Below, piece after piece: positions 1-9,843 of a stretch of DNA of 64,000 bases. This DNA comes from an uncultured Hyphomicrobiales bacterium. GTDB taxonomy: Bacteria; Pseudomonadota; Alphaproteobacteria; Micropepsales; Micropepsaceae. The translations under genes and the position numbers were made by a program. Numbering within the stretch: the stretch's first letter is position 1; each line of letters begins with the position of its first letter. The notes beneath the pieces were generated by a model. That model saw nothing but the letters and a program-made list of their open reading frames with translations. It ran no database searches and was not told where the DNA came from. The DNA is taken from positions 8,313 to 72,312 of the forward strand of contig CBIHOI010000006.1 of assembly GCA_966211925.1 (NCBI GenBank). The letters are read 5' to 3'.

Positions 1-1
1 C

Positions 2-43
2 CGCCCGGTGCCGGTCAAGAAGCCCGAGCCGCAGTCGGACTAG
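2..43 (+). CDS. Possible 3' end of an upstream gene (partial)
   Basis: Frame 2 reads RPVPVKKPEPQSD to TAG at 41-43 with GC3-rich codons; too short to identify. Confidence 0.35.
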   Translation, partial: RPVPVKKPEPQSD

Positions 44-150
44 GCCTTTCCCGCTGATCCTTCGTCAGTGCCCACGGCCGATGTTTGCGGGCGCAGGCGT
101 GCGGAAATCCTGAGCTTTCTTGAAATTTCAGGCTTGAAAAGTCGCGCCAC

Positions 151-165
151 TTAACCCTTTTTTAC
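151..165 (+). promoter_or_regulatory. CtrA-box-like site
   Basis: TTAA-ccctttt-TTAC, one mismatch to TTAA-N7-TTAA, 22 nt before the GGDEF start. Confidence 0.4.
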
Positions 166-187
166 GGGGCCGGCGGGCACACTACCT

Positions 188-1270
188 GTGGGCCTCGATG
201 TGCGGGTCAGGGGAAATACTGTGTTCAAGCCGGATCGCGAGCAGAGCTTTGCGAAGACTGCCCTTGCCCTGATGGGCGAGTGCAATGTCGTTTCCACGCC
301 CGACAATTTCGAACTTTTCTACGCCTATGCTTCGGGCGAGAACCCGGCCGTCATCCAGGTGATGACGGCGATCATCAACGCGCGCAAGCCCTTCACACCC
401 GAACTGCTTCAGGACCTGCGCCTGCGCTGTCTGTCGGGCGCCCGCGCCGCGCTGGCCATGGAAGCCCTGGGCGGCAACATGAGCGCGGTGATTGACGATG
501 TGCTGGGCCGCTTGGCGGAAGCCGGCAAGGATACCGCGACCTATAAAGACACGCTGTCGGCCGCGACCGGCGAACTGGGCGCCGAGCGCAGCCCCGCCGA
601 TGTGCGCAAGCTGGTGGAAAACCTGATCTCCGCCACCCGCGCGATGGAACAGCGCACCCGGTCGCTGGAAGGCGAACTGCAGGCCTCGTCCGCCCAGGTC
701 AGCGAGCTGCGCGGCAAGCTGGATGATGTGCGCAAGGAAAGCCTGACCGACCCCCTGACCAACATCGCCAACCGCAAGGGGTTCGACGATGCCGTCGCGA
801 CGGCGCTGGAGGCGGTGGCGGACGGTGAGGATGTCACCCTGCTGCTGTGCGACATCGATCATTTCAAGAAATTCAACGACACCTGGGGCCACCAGACCGG
901 CGACCAGGTGCTGCGATTGGTGGCCTCGTGCCTGGCCGAGAACGTCAAGGGCCGCGATACCGCGGCGCGCTATGGCGGCGAGGAATTCGCCGTGCTGCTG
1001 CGTGGCACCCCCCTGGATGCCGCCGTGCGCGTCGCCGACCAGATCCGCCAGACGGTGGAAACCAAGAAGCTGGTGAAGAAATCCACCGGCGACGTGCTGG
1101 GCGCCATCACCATCTCCATCGGCGTTGCCCAGTTCGACAAGGGTGAATCGGCCGAAACGGTGATCCGCCGCGCCGATGCCTGCCTGTACGGCGCCAAGCA
1201 CAATGGCCGCAACCTGGTCATCTCCCAGGATGACCCGCGCATGGCGGCGATGGAAATCAGCGCCGCCTAG
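188..1270 (+). CDS. Diguanylate cyclase (coiled-coil + GGDEF), DgcB-like
   Basis: TDPLTNIANR, DIDHFKKFNDTWGHQTGD, RYGGEEF, ADACLYGAK..GRN; N-terminal TPDNFELFY segment resembles Caulobacter DgcB; GTG start. Confidence 0.9.
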   Translation: MGLDVRVRGNTVFKPDREQSFAKTALALMGECNVVSTPDNFELFYAYASGENPAVIQVMTAIINARKPFTPELLQDLRLRCLSGARAALAMEALGGNMSAVIDDVLGRLAEAGKDTATYKDTLSAATGELGAERSPADVRKLVENLISATRAMEQRTRSLEGELQASSAQVSELRGKLDDVRKESLTDPLTNIANRKGFDDAVATALEAVADGEDVTLLLCDIDHFKKFNDTWGHQTGDQVLRLVASCLAENVKGRDTAARYGGEEFAVLLRGTPLDAAVRVADQIRQTVETKKLVKKSTGDVLGAITISIGVAQFDKGESAETVIRRADACLYGAKHNGRNLVISQDDPRMAAMEISAA

Positions 1271-1647
1271 GCCTGGGCCGGCGTGATCTGCACGCTTTCG
1301 CCGCAGCCGCAGGCGGACGTCTGGTTGGGATTGTTGAAGACGAAGCGCGATCCCAGTTTTTCCTGGATGAAATCCAGCTCGGTGCCGATGAGGAACAGGA
1401 TGGCCTTGGGATCGATGAAGATCTTGACGCCCTTGTCCTCCATCACTTCCTCGAAGGGCTTGGCTTCCGAGGCGTAATCCATGGTGTAACTCATGCCGGC
1501 GCAGCCGCCATTGGTGACGCCAACCCGCACGCCTGCATACTGGCCCGGGGCGTTCGCCATGATGGCGGCGATGCGCGCGGCGGCAGCGTCGCTCAACTTC
1601 ACCGGCTTGGGGCGTTCACGGCGGGGTTTTGCGGTCTGGATTTCCAT
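1267..1647 (-). CDS. sufA: A-type Fe-S carrier (HesB/IscA/SufA)
   Basis: GGCAGMSY and NPNQTSACGCGESV motifs; last gene of suf operon. Confidence 0.93.
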   Translation of the reverse strand: MEIQTAKPRRERPKPVKLSDAAAARIAAIMANAPGQYAGVRVGVTNGGCAGMSYTMDYASEAKPFEEVMEDKGVKIFIDPKAILFLIGTELDFIQEKLGSRFVFNNPNQTSACGCGESVQITPAQA

Positions 1648-2012
1648 CAGAACATGTTCAGTTCGAGTTTGGCTTCTTCGCTCATCCGGTCGGGCGTCCA
1701 GGGCGGGTCGAAGGTCATGTTGACCGTGACCTCGCCGATGCCGTCCACCAGTTCCAGCGCCGACTTGACGTTCATCGGCATCTCGCCGGCCACCGGGCAG
1801 TTGGGCGCGGTCAGGGTCATGTCCACAGTCACGTCCTTGTTGTCGGCAACATCGACTTTGTAGATAAGCCCGAGTTCATAGATATCAACCGGGATTTCCG
1901 GGTCGAACACGGTCTTCAGCGCGATGATCAGCTTGCTGGTGAAGGCGTCGAGCTCTTCGGGACTGAGTGCAGAGGCCTGGGTTTGCGTCTGGGTCTGTGC
2001 GGCGTCGCTCAT
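1647..2012 (-). CDS. sufT: SUF Fe-S assembly protein, DUF59/SufT
   Basis: DPEIPVDIYELGLIY, MTLTAPNCP, FDPPWTPDRMS. Confidence 0.92.
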   Translation of the reverse strand: MSDAAQTQTQTQASALSPEELDAFTSKLIIALKTVFDPEIPVDIYELGLIYKVDVADNKDVTVDMTLTAPNCPVAGEMPMNVKSALELVDGIGEVTVNMTFDPPWTPDRMSEEAKLELNMF

Positions 2013-2455
2013 TGGGCACCCTCGTCCACGGCATTTTTATAGGTGTGCCAGGCAAGGGTGGCGCATTTCACCCGCATGGGGAATTCGCTGATGCCACCCA
2101 TCACTTCCAGCCGCTCGCGGTCGTCTTCGGGCAGGTCGCTGGCATCTTCGCCTTTCACAAGGTGCAGAAAACCGGTCATCAATTTCTCGGCGTCGGCGTG
2201 GCTGCGGCCCTTGAGCATGTCGACCATCATCGAGGCGGATGCCTGGCTGATGGCGCAGCCCTTGCCTTCGAATTTGATGTCAGCGACGCGGTTGTCCGCA
2301 TCGAGCTGCAGATAGACCGTGACCTTGTCGCCGCACAGGGGGTTGAAACCCTCGGCCTTGTGGTTGGCGCCTTCCAGCACGCCATAATGGCGCGGGTGGC
2401 GGGAGTGATCGAGGATCACTTCCTGGTAGAGTTCCCTGAGCGCGTGATCGGTCAT
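2009..2455 (-). CDS. sufU: SUF system NifU-family protein SufU
   Basis: LYQEVILDH, NPLCGD, GKGCAISQASAS, RVKCATLAW; no LPPVK motif. Confidence 0.92.
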   Translation of the reverse strand: MTDHALRELYQEVILDHSRHPRHYGVLEGANHKAEGFNPLCGDKVTVYLQLDADNRVADIKFEGKGCAISQASASMMVDMLKGRSHADAEKLMTGFLHLVKGEDASDLPEDDRERLEVMGGISEFPMRVKCATLAWHTYKNAVDEGAQ

Positions 2456-2476
2456 GCCAAGCTCATGCCAAAATAC

Positions 2477-3733
2477 TCATGTAAGTATGCTGCGCGCCCT
2501 GGCCAAGCCCGCAACCAGGGCATCGACATCGGCACGATTGTTGTAAAGAGCGAAACTGGCGCGGCTGGTGGAGGCGACATTGAAACGCTCCATCAAGACC
2601 TGCGCGCAATGGTGACCGGCACGCACCGCCACGCCTTCACGGTCCAGGATGGTGGCGAGGTCGTGGGCGTGCATGCCGTCGGCTTCGAAGGACAGGATGG
2701 CGCCCTTGCCCGGCGCATCGCCGATGACGCGCAGCCAATTGAACTGGCGCACCTGTTCGCGGGCATAGGACAGAAGATCATGTTCGTGGGCGGCAACCGC
2801 GGCGCGGTCGAAGCCGGACATATAGTCCAGCGCCGCGGCCAGGCCGATGCTTTCGATGATGGGCGGGGTGCCGGCTTCGAAACGGGCCGGCGGATCGGCA
2901 TAGGTGACGCGGTCTTTCGACACTTCGCGGATCATCTCGCCGCCGCCATTGAAGGGGCGCATGGCCTTCAGGTGTGCCTTCTTGGCATACAGCACGCCGA
3001 TGCCGGTGGGGCCATAGAGCTTGTGGCCGGTGACGGCATAGAAATCGATATCCAGCGCCTGGACGTCGACAATTTCATGCACTGCCCCCTGGCAGCCATC
3101 GGCCAGCACGGCCACGCCCTTGGCGTGGGCGCGCTTCACGATCTCGGCCAGCGGGGTGATGGTGCCCAGCACGTTGGACATGTGGGTGACGGCGACCAGC
3201 CTGGTCTTGGGCGTGATGGCGGCATCGAGGGCCTCGATGTCGAGGCTGCCGTCATCGCGCACATCCACCCATTTCAGCACGGCGCCGGCACGTTCGTGCA
3301 GGAAGTGCCAGGGCACGATGTTGGAGTGATGTTCCATCACCGTCAGCACAATCTCGTCGCCCGGCTGGATCATGGGGGCGAGCCAGGAATAGGAAACCAG
3401 GTTGATGGCTTCGGTACCGCCCTTGGTGAAGACGATATTGTCCACCGACGAGGCACCCAGGAATTTGCGCACCGTCTCGCGCGCGGCTTCGTAGCGGTCG
3501 GTGGCGGCGGCGGACAGGTAATGCACGCCGCGATGGACATTGGCGTAATCGGTCTGGGCGAAGTCGCGCATGGTATCCAGCACGATGCGCGGCTTCTGCG
3601 CGCTGGCACCGCTGTCGAGATAGACCAGCGGCTTGCCATAGACGGTGCGCGACAGGATTTCGAAGTCCGCGCGGGCGGCGTCGGCGTTAAAAGCCTTGAT
3701 GTTGGCCGCTTCCATTTTAAGGGGCGCGTTCAT
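2477..3733 (-). CDS. sufS: Class II cysteine desulfurase SufS (start re-called to ATG 3733)
   Basis: YLDSGASAQKP, TGHKLYGPTG (PLP Lys), VRAGHHCAQ; start overlaps sufD stop. Confidence 0.95.
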   Translation of the reverse strand: MNAPLKMEAANIKAFNADAARADFEILSRTVYGKPLVYLDSGASAQKPRIVLDTMRDFAQTDYANVHRGVHYLSAAATDRYEAARETVRKFLGASSVDNIVFTKGGTEAINLVSYSWLAPMIQPGDEIVLTVMEHHSNIVPWHFLHERAGAVLKWVDVRDDGSLDIEALDAAITPKTRLVAVTHMSNVLGTITPLAEIVKRAHAKGVAVLADGCQGAVHEIVDVQALDIDFYAVTGHKLYGPTGIGVLYAKKAHLKAMRPFNGGGEMIREVSKDRVTYADPPARFEAGTPPIIESIGLAAALDYMSGFDRAAVAAHEHDLLSYAREQVRQFNWLRVIGDAPGKGAILSFEADGMHAHDLATILDREGVAVRAGHHCAQVLMERFNVASTSRASFALYNNRADVDALVAGLARARSILT

Positions 3734-4842
3734 CCGATGCCCTTCAACGCGGCCAGAAGTTCGGTACGGACGCGCTCGCGCTGGTCGGCGTCGGAAATTT
3801 CCGCCACGGCATCTTCCAGGAAGGCGTGCAGCAACAGGCCGCGCGCTTCGGATTCCGGGATGCCGCGGGCGCGCAGATAGAACAGCGAATCCGCATCCAG
3901 GTCGCCAACCGCCGCGCCATGGGCGCATTTCACGTCATCGGCGAAGATTTCCAGTTCCGGCTTCAGATTGGCTTCGGCACTTTCGCCCAGCAACAGCGCC
4001 TTGGCCGACTGGTTGCTGTCGCTGCCGTTGGCACCCTGGGCCACGGTCACCTTGCCTTGATAGACCGCGCGAGACGTTCCGCCCGCGACATGGCGGAACA
4101 ACTGTGTGCTGACCGTGTCGCCATGGGCGTGGGTGACATGGGTGGTGACATCGCTGTGGCGTTTTGCGTCGAGTACCGAAACACCCGACAGGTGCGCTGC
4201 GGCACCCGCGCCGGCCAAAAATATTTCCAATTCCATGCGCGACAGCTTGCTGCCGAAGCTGGCGAAGTGGGCACGATACTGGGCATGGGCAGCGAGGCGG
4301 ACATCGGCTTCTTCCACCAGCACGGCGGCGTCATCGGCGGGCGAAACACGGATATGATCCAGCGCCGCGCCCTCGCCCAGCACGATCTCAAGACCGACAT
4401 TGCGGAAGCGGGCAACACCCACGCCTTCGACCAAGGTCAAAGCAGCGCCCGCTTCCAGCACCAGCAGGGCACGGACATGGCCAGCGTCGGAGAATTCCAG
4501 GGTCAGCGGATCGGTGACACCCTTTGGCACGCGCAGGGCGACACCGCCGGTCGCCAAGGTCAGCGAAGCGGCGCTCATGACATTGTCGGTGGCATGCGCG
4601 AAATTCTCGCGCACCCAATCCGGCGGGTTGCCCTGTGCCAGGTCGAACAACTCGACCCCGGCGGGCAGAGCATCCGTGCGCCATTGCGCGGTGCCAGCGC
4701 CAACGCCGGCATCGCCCAGCGCGGCTTTCAGGTCGGAATATTTCCATTGCTCGACCCTGCGATGCGGAACGCCGCGGGCGCGAAACAGGGCCGCCGCTTC
4801 GGTGCGGCGGGGTTCGGGAATGCCAAGGACAAGGCCCGCCAT
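3730..4842 (-). CDS. sufD: Fe-S cluster assembly protein SufD
   Basis: EQWKYSDL, KPELEIFADDVKCAHGA, LFYLRARGI. Confidence 0.93.
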   Translation of the reverse strand: MAGLVLGIPEPRRTEAAALFRARGVPHRRVEQWKYSDLKAALGDAGVGAGTAQWRTDALPAGVELFDLAQGNPPDWVRENFAHATDNVMSAASLTLATGGVALRVPKGVTDPLTLEFSDAGHVRALLVLEAGAALTLVEGVGVARFRNVGLEIVLGEGAALDHIRVSPADDAAVLVEEADVRLAAHAQYRAHFASFGSKLSRMELEIFLAGAGAAAHLSGVSVLDAKRHSDVTTHVTHAHGDTVSTQLFRHVAGGTSRAVYQGKVTVAQGANGSDSNQSAKALLLGESAEANLKPELEIFADDVKCAHGAAVGDLDADSLFYLRARGIPESEARGLLLHAFLEDAVAEISDADQRERVRTELLAALKGIG

Positions 4843-5591
4843 TATGCGACATCCTTCAGGATGTGCTCATAGCCCCTGGCTTCCAGTTCCAGCGCCAGTT
4901 CCTTGCCGCCTTCGGCGACAATGCGGCCCTTGGCCAGGACGTGGATGCGGTCGGGCACGATGTAATCCAGCAGGCGCTGGTAATGGGTGATCACAAGCAT
5001 GGCGCGCGTGGGATCACGCAGCAGGTTGACGCCTTCCGCCACCAGCTTCAGCGCGTCGATGTCGAGGCCGGAATCGGTTTCGTCCAGGATCGCCAGCCTG
5101 GGCTCGAACAGCGCCATCTGCAAGATTTCCAGGCGCTTCTTCTCGCCGCCGGAAAAGCCCACATTCAGGGCGCGCTTCAGCATTTCCTCCGACACGTTCA
5201 GGGTCTTGGCCTTGGCGCGCACCAGCTTGAGCACGCCGATGGCATCCAGATCGCTTTCACCGCGGGTGCGGCGTTGGGAATTCAGCGCGGTCTTGAGAAA
5301 CGTCATGGTGGTGACGCCGGGAATTTCCACCGGGTACTGCATGGCCAGGAAAATACCCTTGGCGGCGCGCGCTTCCGGCGGCAGGGCGGTCAGGTCCTCG
5401 CCGTTATAAATGATCGAGCCTTCGGTGATGTCATAACCGGCGCGGCCCGCCAGAACGTAAGACAGCGTGGACTTGCCCGAACCGTTGGGGCCCATGATGG
5501 CATGGACCTGCCCCGGCTGGATGGAGAGCGTCAGGCCCTTGAGGATCGGCTTGTCGCCGACGGAAACGTGGAGATTCTTGATCTCAAGCAT
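4842..5591 (-). CDS. sufC: Fe-S assembly ATPase SufC (start re-called to 5591)
   Basis: MLEIKNLHV, GPNGSGKST, FSGGEKKR, LDETDSGLDIDA. Confidence 0.96.
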   Translation of the reverse strand: MLEIKNLHVSVGDKPILKGLTLSIQPGQVHAIMGPNGSGKSTLSYVLAGRAGYDITEGSIIYNGEDLTALPPEARAAKGIFLAMQYPVEIPGVTTMTFLKTALNSQRRTRGESDLDAIGVLKLVRAKAKTLNVSEEMLKRALNVGFSGGEKKRLEILQMALFEPRLAILDETDSGLDIDALKLVAEGVNLLRDPTRAMLVITHYQRLLDYIVPDRIHVLAKGRIVAEGGKELALELEARGYEHILKDVA

Positions 5592-5593
5592 GA

Positions 5594-7051
5594 CTAACCT
5601 ACGGAGCCTTCCAAACTGATGCCGACAAGCTTCTGCGCTTCCACAGCGAATTCCATCGGCAATTGCTGCAGCACTTCGCGGCAGAAGCCGTTGACGATGA
5701 GCGATACCGCCTCGTCCTGCGGGATGCCGCGCGCCAGGCAATAGAAGAGCTGGTCCTCGGCAATCTTGGAGGTGGTCGCCTCATGTTCGATGCGCGCGGT
5801 GGGATTGCGGCTCTCGATATAGGGCACGGTATGGGCGCCGCATTCCCCGCCGATCAGCAGGGAGTCGCACTGGGTATAGTTGCGGGCGTTCCTGGCCTTG
5901 CCCAGGACGCTGACCAGGCCGCGATAGGTGTTCTGCGCCTTGCCCGCGGAAATCCCCTTGGAGATGATGCGCGATTTCGTGTTGGCGCCGATATGGATCA
6001 TCTTGGTGCCGGTATCGGCCTGCTGATAATTGTTGGCGATGGCGATGGAATAGAATTCGCCGACGCTGCCTTCACCGCGCAGGACGCAGGACGGATATTT
6101 CCAGGTGATGGCCGAGCCGGTTTCCACCTGGGTCCAGCTGATCTTGGAATGCGCGCCGCGGCAGTCGCCGCGCTTGGTGACGAAGTTGAAGATGCCGCCC
6201 AGGCCGTGTTCGTCGCCCGGATACCAGTTCTGGACGGTCGAATACTTGATCTCGGCATTGTCCAGCGCCACCAGCTCGACCACGGCGGCGTGCAACTGGT
6301 TCTCGTCGCGCTTGGGGGCGGTGCAGCCTTCAAGATACGAGACATAGCTGCCCTCGTCCGCGATGATGATGGTACGTTCGAACTGGCCCGTCTCCGAGGC
6401 ATTGATGCGGAAATAAGTGCTCAGCTCCATCGGGCAGCGCACGCCCTTGGGCACATAAACAAAGGTGCCGTCGGAAAACACCGCCGCGTTCAGGGTGGCA
6501 AAGAAATTGTCCGTTACCGGCACGACGCTGCCCAGATATTTCTGCACCAGTTCGGGATAGTCGCGGATGGCCTCGCTGATGGGGCAGAAGATCACGCCCG
6601 CCTCGTTCAGCTTGCCCTTGAAGGTGGTGGCGACCGAAACGCTGTCGAACACCGCGTCCACCGCGACGCCGGCCAGCGCCATCTGCTCATGCAGCGGGAT
6701 GCCCAGCTTCTTGTAGGTTTCCAGCAGCTTAGGATCGACTTCGTCCAGGCTCTGCTTCAGCGGGGTGTTCTTGGGCGCGGCGTAGTAATAGGCGTTCTGG
6801 TAATCAATATCGGGATAATGCACCCGCGCCCATTTGGGCTCCTTCATCGTCAGCCAGCGGCGGAAGGCGCCCAGGCGCCATTCCAGCATCCATTCCGGCT
6901 CGCCCTTCCTGGCCGAGATGAAGCGCACGGTGTCTTCGGACAGGCCCTTTGGCGCCATGTCCATTTCGATGTCGGTGACGAAGCCGTATTTGTATTTCTC
7001 GCCGAGATCGGCGACCTGCTTCTTGGTGTCCTGCTGGGCGGCGCTGCTCAT
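5594..7051 (-). CDS. sufB: Fe-S cluster assembly protein SufB
   Basis: [40 protein letters not shown]; no intein. Confidence 0.97.
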   Translation of the reverse strand: MSSAAQQDTKKQVADLGEKYKYGFVTDIEMDMAPKGLSEDTVRFISARKGEPEWMLEWRLGAFRRWLTMKEPKWARVHYPDIDYQNAYYYAAPKNTPLKQSLDEVDPKLLETYKKLGIPLHEQMALAGVAVDAVFDSVSVATTFKGKLNEAGVIFCPISEAIRDYPELVQKYLGSVVPVTDNFFATLNAAVFSDGTFVYVPKGVRCPMELSTYFRINASETGQFERTIIIADEGSYVSYLEGCTAPKRDENQLHAAVVELVALDNAEIKYSTVQNWYPGDEHGLGGIFNFVTKRGDCRGAHSKISWTQVETGSAITWKYPSCVLRGEGSVGEFYSIAIANNYQQADTGTKMIHIGANTKSRIISKGISAGKAQNTYRGLVSVLGKARNARNYTQCDSLLIGGECGAHTVPYIESRNPTARIEHEATTSKIAEDQLFYCLARGIPQDEAVSLIVNGFCREVLQQLPMEFAVEAQKLVGISLEGSVG

Positions 7052-8202
7052 GCGGCCTCTTTCGCGCGGATGCGCTCATGAAGTTTGACCAGCGACGCGA
7101 CCGCCGCGGTGACGTCATCCATGGTGGACGACCAGCCAAAGCTGGCGCGCAGGGCGCAGGCGGCCAGGGCTTCGTCCACGCCCATCGCCAGCAGCACATG
7201 GCTGATCGCGACCTTGCCGGACGAACAGGTGGAGCCCGAACTCATCATCACGCCGTCGAGATCCAGCCCGATCAGCGCAGTTTCCGCCGTCACGCCGTGC
7301 ACGGCGAAGCAGGTGGTGCTGCACAGCCGCTTTGCCCCCTCGCCGAACACTGTCGCCTCGGGGATGGCGCGCTTCAGCGCCTGTTCGAAATGGTCCGTGA
7401 GATGCGCCAGGCGGGCGCGTTCGCCTTCGGCGTCGCGCAGCGAATGCGCCGCGGCGCCGAAGCCGGCAATGCCCGACAGATTTTCGGTGCCGGCGCGCAG
7501 GCCCTTCTGCTGGCCGCCGCCCACGAGCTGCGGCGCCAGCGGCGCGCCATCGGCAACGATCAGCGCACCGATGCCCTGGGGTCCGCCCAGCTTGTGAGCC
7601 GACAAGGTCATGTAATCGCACAGGCTGAAATCCAGCGGCATCTTGCCGGCGGCGGGGACCGCATCGACCAGAAGCAGGGCGCCTGCTTCACGCGCCAGCC
7701 TGGAAATTTCCGCTACCGGCTGGACCATGCCGGTTTCATTGTTGGCGGCCATGATGGCGACTAGTGTGCGGCCCTTGCCTTCGCGCAACGCCACGCGCAG
7801 CGCCTCCAAGTCTATCACGCCGTTGGCGGTGACCGGCAGGCGCGCCACGCGGACCCAAGGGAAGCGTTCGGCCAGGCGATCGGCCGCGACCAGGATGGAA
7901 TTGTGTTCGATAGCGGAAACAAAGAGGCGGGTGATGCGGCTGTCATCCGACAGCGAACCTTCCGCCGCGCCGACCAAAGCCAGGTTGTTGGATTCGGTGG
8001 CGCCGCTGGTGAAGATCACCTGCTCGGCACGTGCACCGGCCAGGGCGGCGACGCGCTCGCGCGCCTCTTCCACGATGGCGCGGGCGGCGCGGCCATTGGC
8101 ATGAACGGAGGATGGATTGCCGCTGATCGATAGCGCGTGGGTCATCGCGGACAGGGATTCGGGCCGCAGCGGCGAAGTGGCATTGTGATCAAGATAATGC
8201 AT
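7048..8202 (-). CDS. iscS: Class I (IscS/NifS-like) cysteine desulfurase
   Basis: [35 protein letters not shown]. Confidence 0.9.
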   Translation of the reverse strand: MHYLDHNATSPLRPESLSAMTHALSISGNPSSVHANGRAARAIVEEARERVAALAGARAEQVIFTSGATESNNLALVGAAEGSLSDDSRITRLFVSAIEHNSILVAADRLAERFPWVRVARLPVTANGVIDLEALRVALREGKGRTLVAIMAANNETGMVQPVAEISRLAREAGALLLVDAVPAAGKMPLDFSLCDYMTLSAHKLGGPQGIGALIVADGAPLAPQLVGGGQQKGLRAGTENLSGIAGFGAAAHSLRDAEGERARLAHLTDHFEQALKRAIPEATVFGEGAKRLCSTTCFAVHGVTAETALIGLDLDGVMMSSGSTCSSGKVAISHVLLAMGVDEALAACALRASFGWSSTMDDVTAAVASLVKLHERIRAKEAA

Positions 8203-8207
8203 GACAG

Positions 8208-8708
8208 TTACTCGGCCGCGACCACATCCGCGACAGCGTCGGAAAAGTCGGCGTCGTTACAGGGCTTGGAGCGGCCCAGTACCCGGCGCTCCACCACATC
8301 GGCCAGCGATACCGACGACAGGAAGACATGTATCTGCTGGCCCAGTTCTTCCCACAGATCGTGTGTGACACAGCGTGCGCCGGTCTTGGTGCAGCCCTTG
8401 CTGCCGCCGGTCTTGCAGCGGGTGGTGGAGATAGGCTCGTCCACCGCGAGAATGATGTCGGCGATACGCAGTTCGCCGCTGGGGCGCGACAGGCGATAGC
8501 CGCCGCCGGGGCCGCGCACGCTGGTGACCAGGCCGCCGCGCCGCAGCTTGGCGAAGAGCTGTTCCAGATAGGAAAGGGAAATGTCCTGGCGCGCCGCAAT
8601 GTCGGCCAGCGCCACGGGGCGGGACTCGCCAAGCTGGGGCCCGGCGGCATTGCCGGCCAAGTCGGCCATGGCCATGACCGCGTAACGTCCCTTGGTGCTT
8701 AGCCGCAT
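8208..8708 (-). CDS. iscR: Rrf2-family regulator, IscR
   Basis: MRLSTKGRYAV, SLSYLEQLF, RGPGGGY, three Cys plus THDLW cluster ligands. Confidence 0.93.
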   Translation of the reverse strand: MRLSTKGRYAVMAMADLAGNAAGPQLGESRPVALADIAARQDISLSYLEQLFAKLRRGGLVTSVRGPGGGYRLSRPSGELRIADIILAVDEPISTTRCKTGGSKGCTKTGARCVTHDLWEELGQQIHVFLSSVSLADVVERRVLGRSKPCNDADFSDAVADVVAAE

Positions 8709-8804
8709 GATTGCGTCTCCTCGTAAATCGGGCGTTTTTCCTTGCTTTTCGCCCCCCCTGCCGGTGTAGAGAGGGCCAAGCCGTCAGGGTCGCCTGATGG
8801 GCGG

Positions 8805-8837
8805 GATATAGAGTTCCCGAGTAGTTTGGTCAAGTAT
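8805..8837 (-). promoter_or_regulatory. sigma70 promoter of iscR-suf with overlapping type-1 IscR site
   Basis: TTGACC (8833-8828)-N17-TATATC (8810-8805); ATACTTGACCAAACTACTCGGGAAC at 8837-8813. Confidence 0.75.
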
Positions 8838-8960
8838 TCGCGACGCATAGGTGGGTCCCTCTGTAAGCATCTGAAATGTCAGGGTTTTGATTCGGGCCAA
8901 CCGCCGGAAAAGACCTAGTATTTCGCTCGCAGACGGCCGGTTGGGAAAGACAAAAAATCC

Positions 8961-9617
8961 ATGCCTGATATCATCCTGCCCGGCTCCGCTGGCCGCATCG
9001 AAGCCCGCTATCAGCGCCAGAAGAACCCCGGTGCGCCCATGGCGCTGGTGCTGCATCCGCATCCCCAGTTCGGCGGCACCATGAACAATCCGCTGGTCTA
9101 TGACCTGTTTCACATGTTCCACGGCCTGGGCTGCACCACCGTGCGCTTCAACTTCCGCGGCGTTGGCCGGTCGCAGGGTTCGTTCGACAATGGCGCGGGC
9201 GAACTCTCCGACGCCGCTGCCGTGCTGGACTGGATGAACACACTGTATCCCAACCCGTCGAATGTGTGGGTGTGCGGCATCAGCTTCGGCGCCTGGATCG
9301 GCATGCAGCTTCTGATGCGCCGGCCGGAGATCACCGGCTTTGTCTCCATCGCCCCGCCGGCCAGCATGTATGATTTCGCCTTCCTGGCGCCCTGCCCTGC
9401 GTCCGGCCTGATCGTGCATGGCACACGCGACAATGTGGTGCCCGAGCCCGATGTGCAGAAGCTGGTGGACCGGCTGACCGCCCAGAAGGGCATCAAGATC
9501 ACCTACAACAAGATCGACGGCGCCAACCACTTCTTCGACAAGCACGAGGCCGATGTGGTGGAGACGGTGAAGGAATACGTCTCCAACATGATGAGCAAGC
9601 CGCGCGAGGGCCGCTGA
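8961..9617 (+). CDS. Alpha/beta hydrolase (conserved next to iscR)
   Basis: LHPHPQFGGTMNN, GISFG nucleophile elbow, GTRD, GANHFF. Confidence 0.9.
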   Translation: MPDIILPGSAGRIEARYQRQKNPGAPMALVLHPHPQFGGTMNNPLVYDLFHMFHGLGCTTVRFNFRGVGRSQGSFDNGAGELSDAAAVLDWMNTLYPNPSNVWVCGISFGAWIGMQLLMRRPEITGFVSIAPPASMYDFAFLAPCPASGLIVHGTRDNVVPEPDVQKLVDRLTAQKGIKITYNKIDGANHFFDKHEADVVETVKEYVSNMMSKPREGR

Positions 9618-9621
9618 GACC

Positions 9622-9843
9622 ATGTGGGCGATCGTTGTCGTGCATCTGGGTCTTTTGAGCGGACCACAGGCCCTTCCCATCACCGATGCGGGCACATTCA
9701 AGTCCGAGGCCGCATGCGCGGCAGCGCTCAAGGCCGCAATCCCCGCGAAACTGGACGTCCCATCACGCGCGGAATTTGACCGCGGCGAACGCCGCTATGT
9801 CTGCGTGCGGGTGAACGAACACGGCGCCCTGCCGCCGCATTAG
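9622..9843 (+). CDS. Small hypothetical protein, probably exported
   Basis: Fills the gap between hydrolase and anmK; hydrophobic N-terminus, two Cys. Confidence 0.55.
   Translation: MWAIVVVHLGLLSGPQALPITDAGTFKSEAACAAALKAAIPAKLDVPSRAEFDRGERRYVCVRVNEHGALPPH

Noticed and set aside
182-8499. Long antisense ORFs over the GGDEF and suf genes (e.g. 1967-3880, 5663-7081)
   Set aside because: Mirror frames of well-supported genes.
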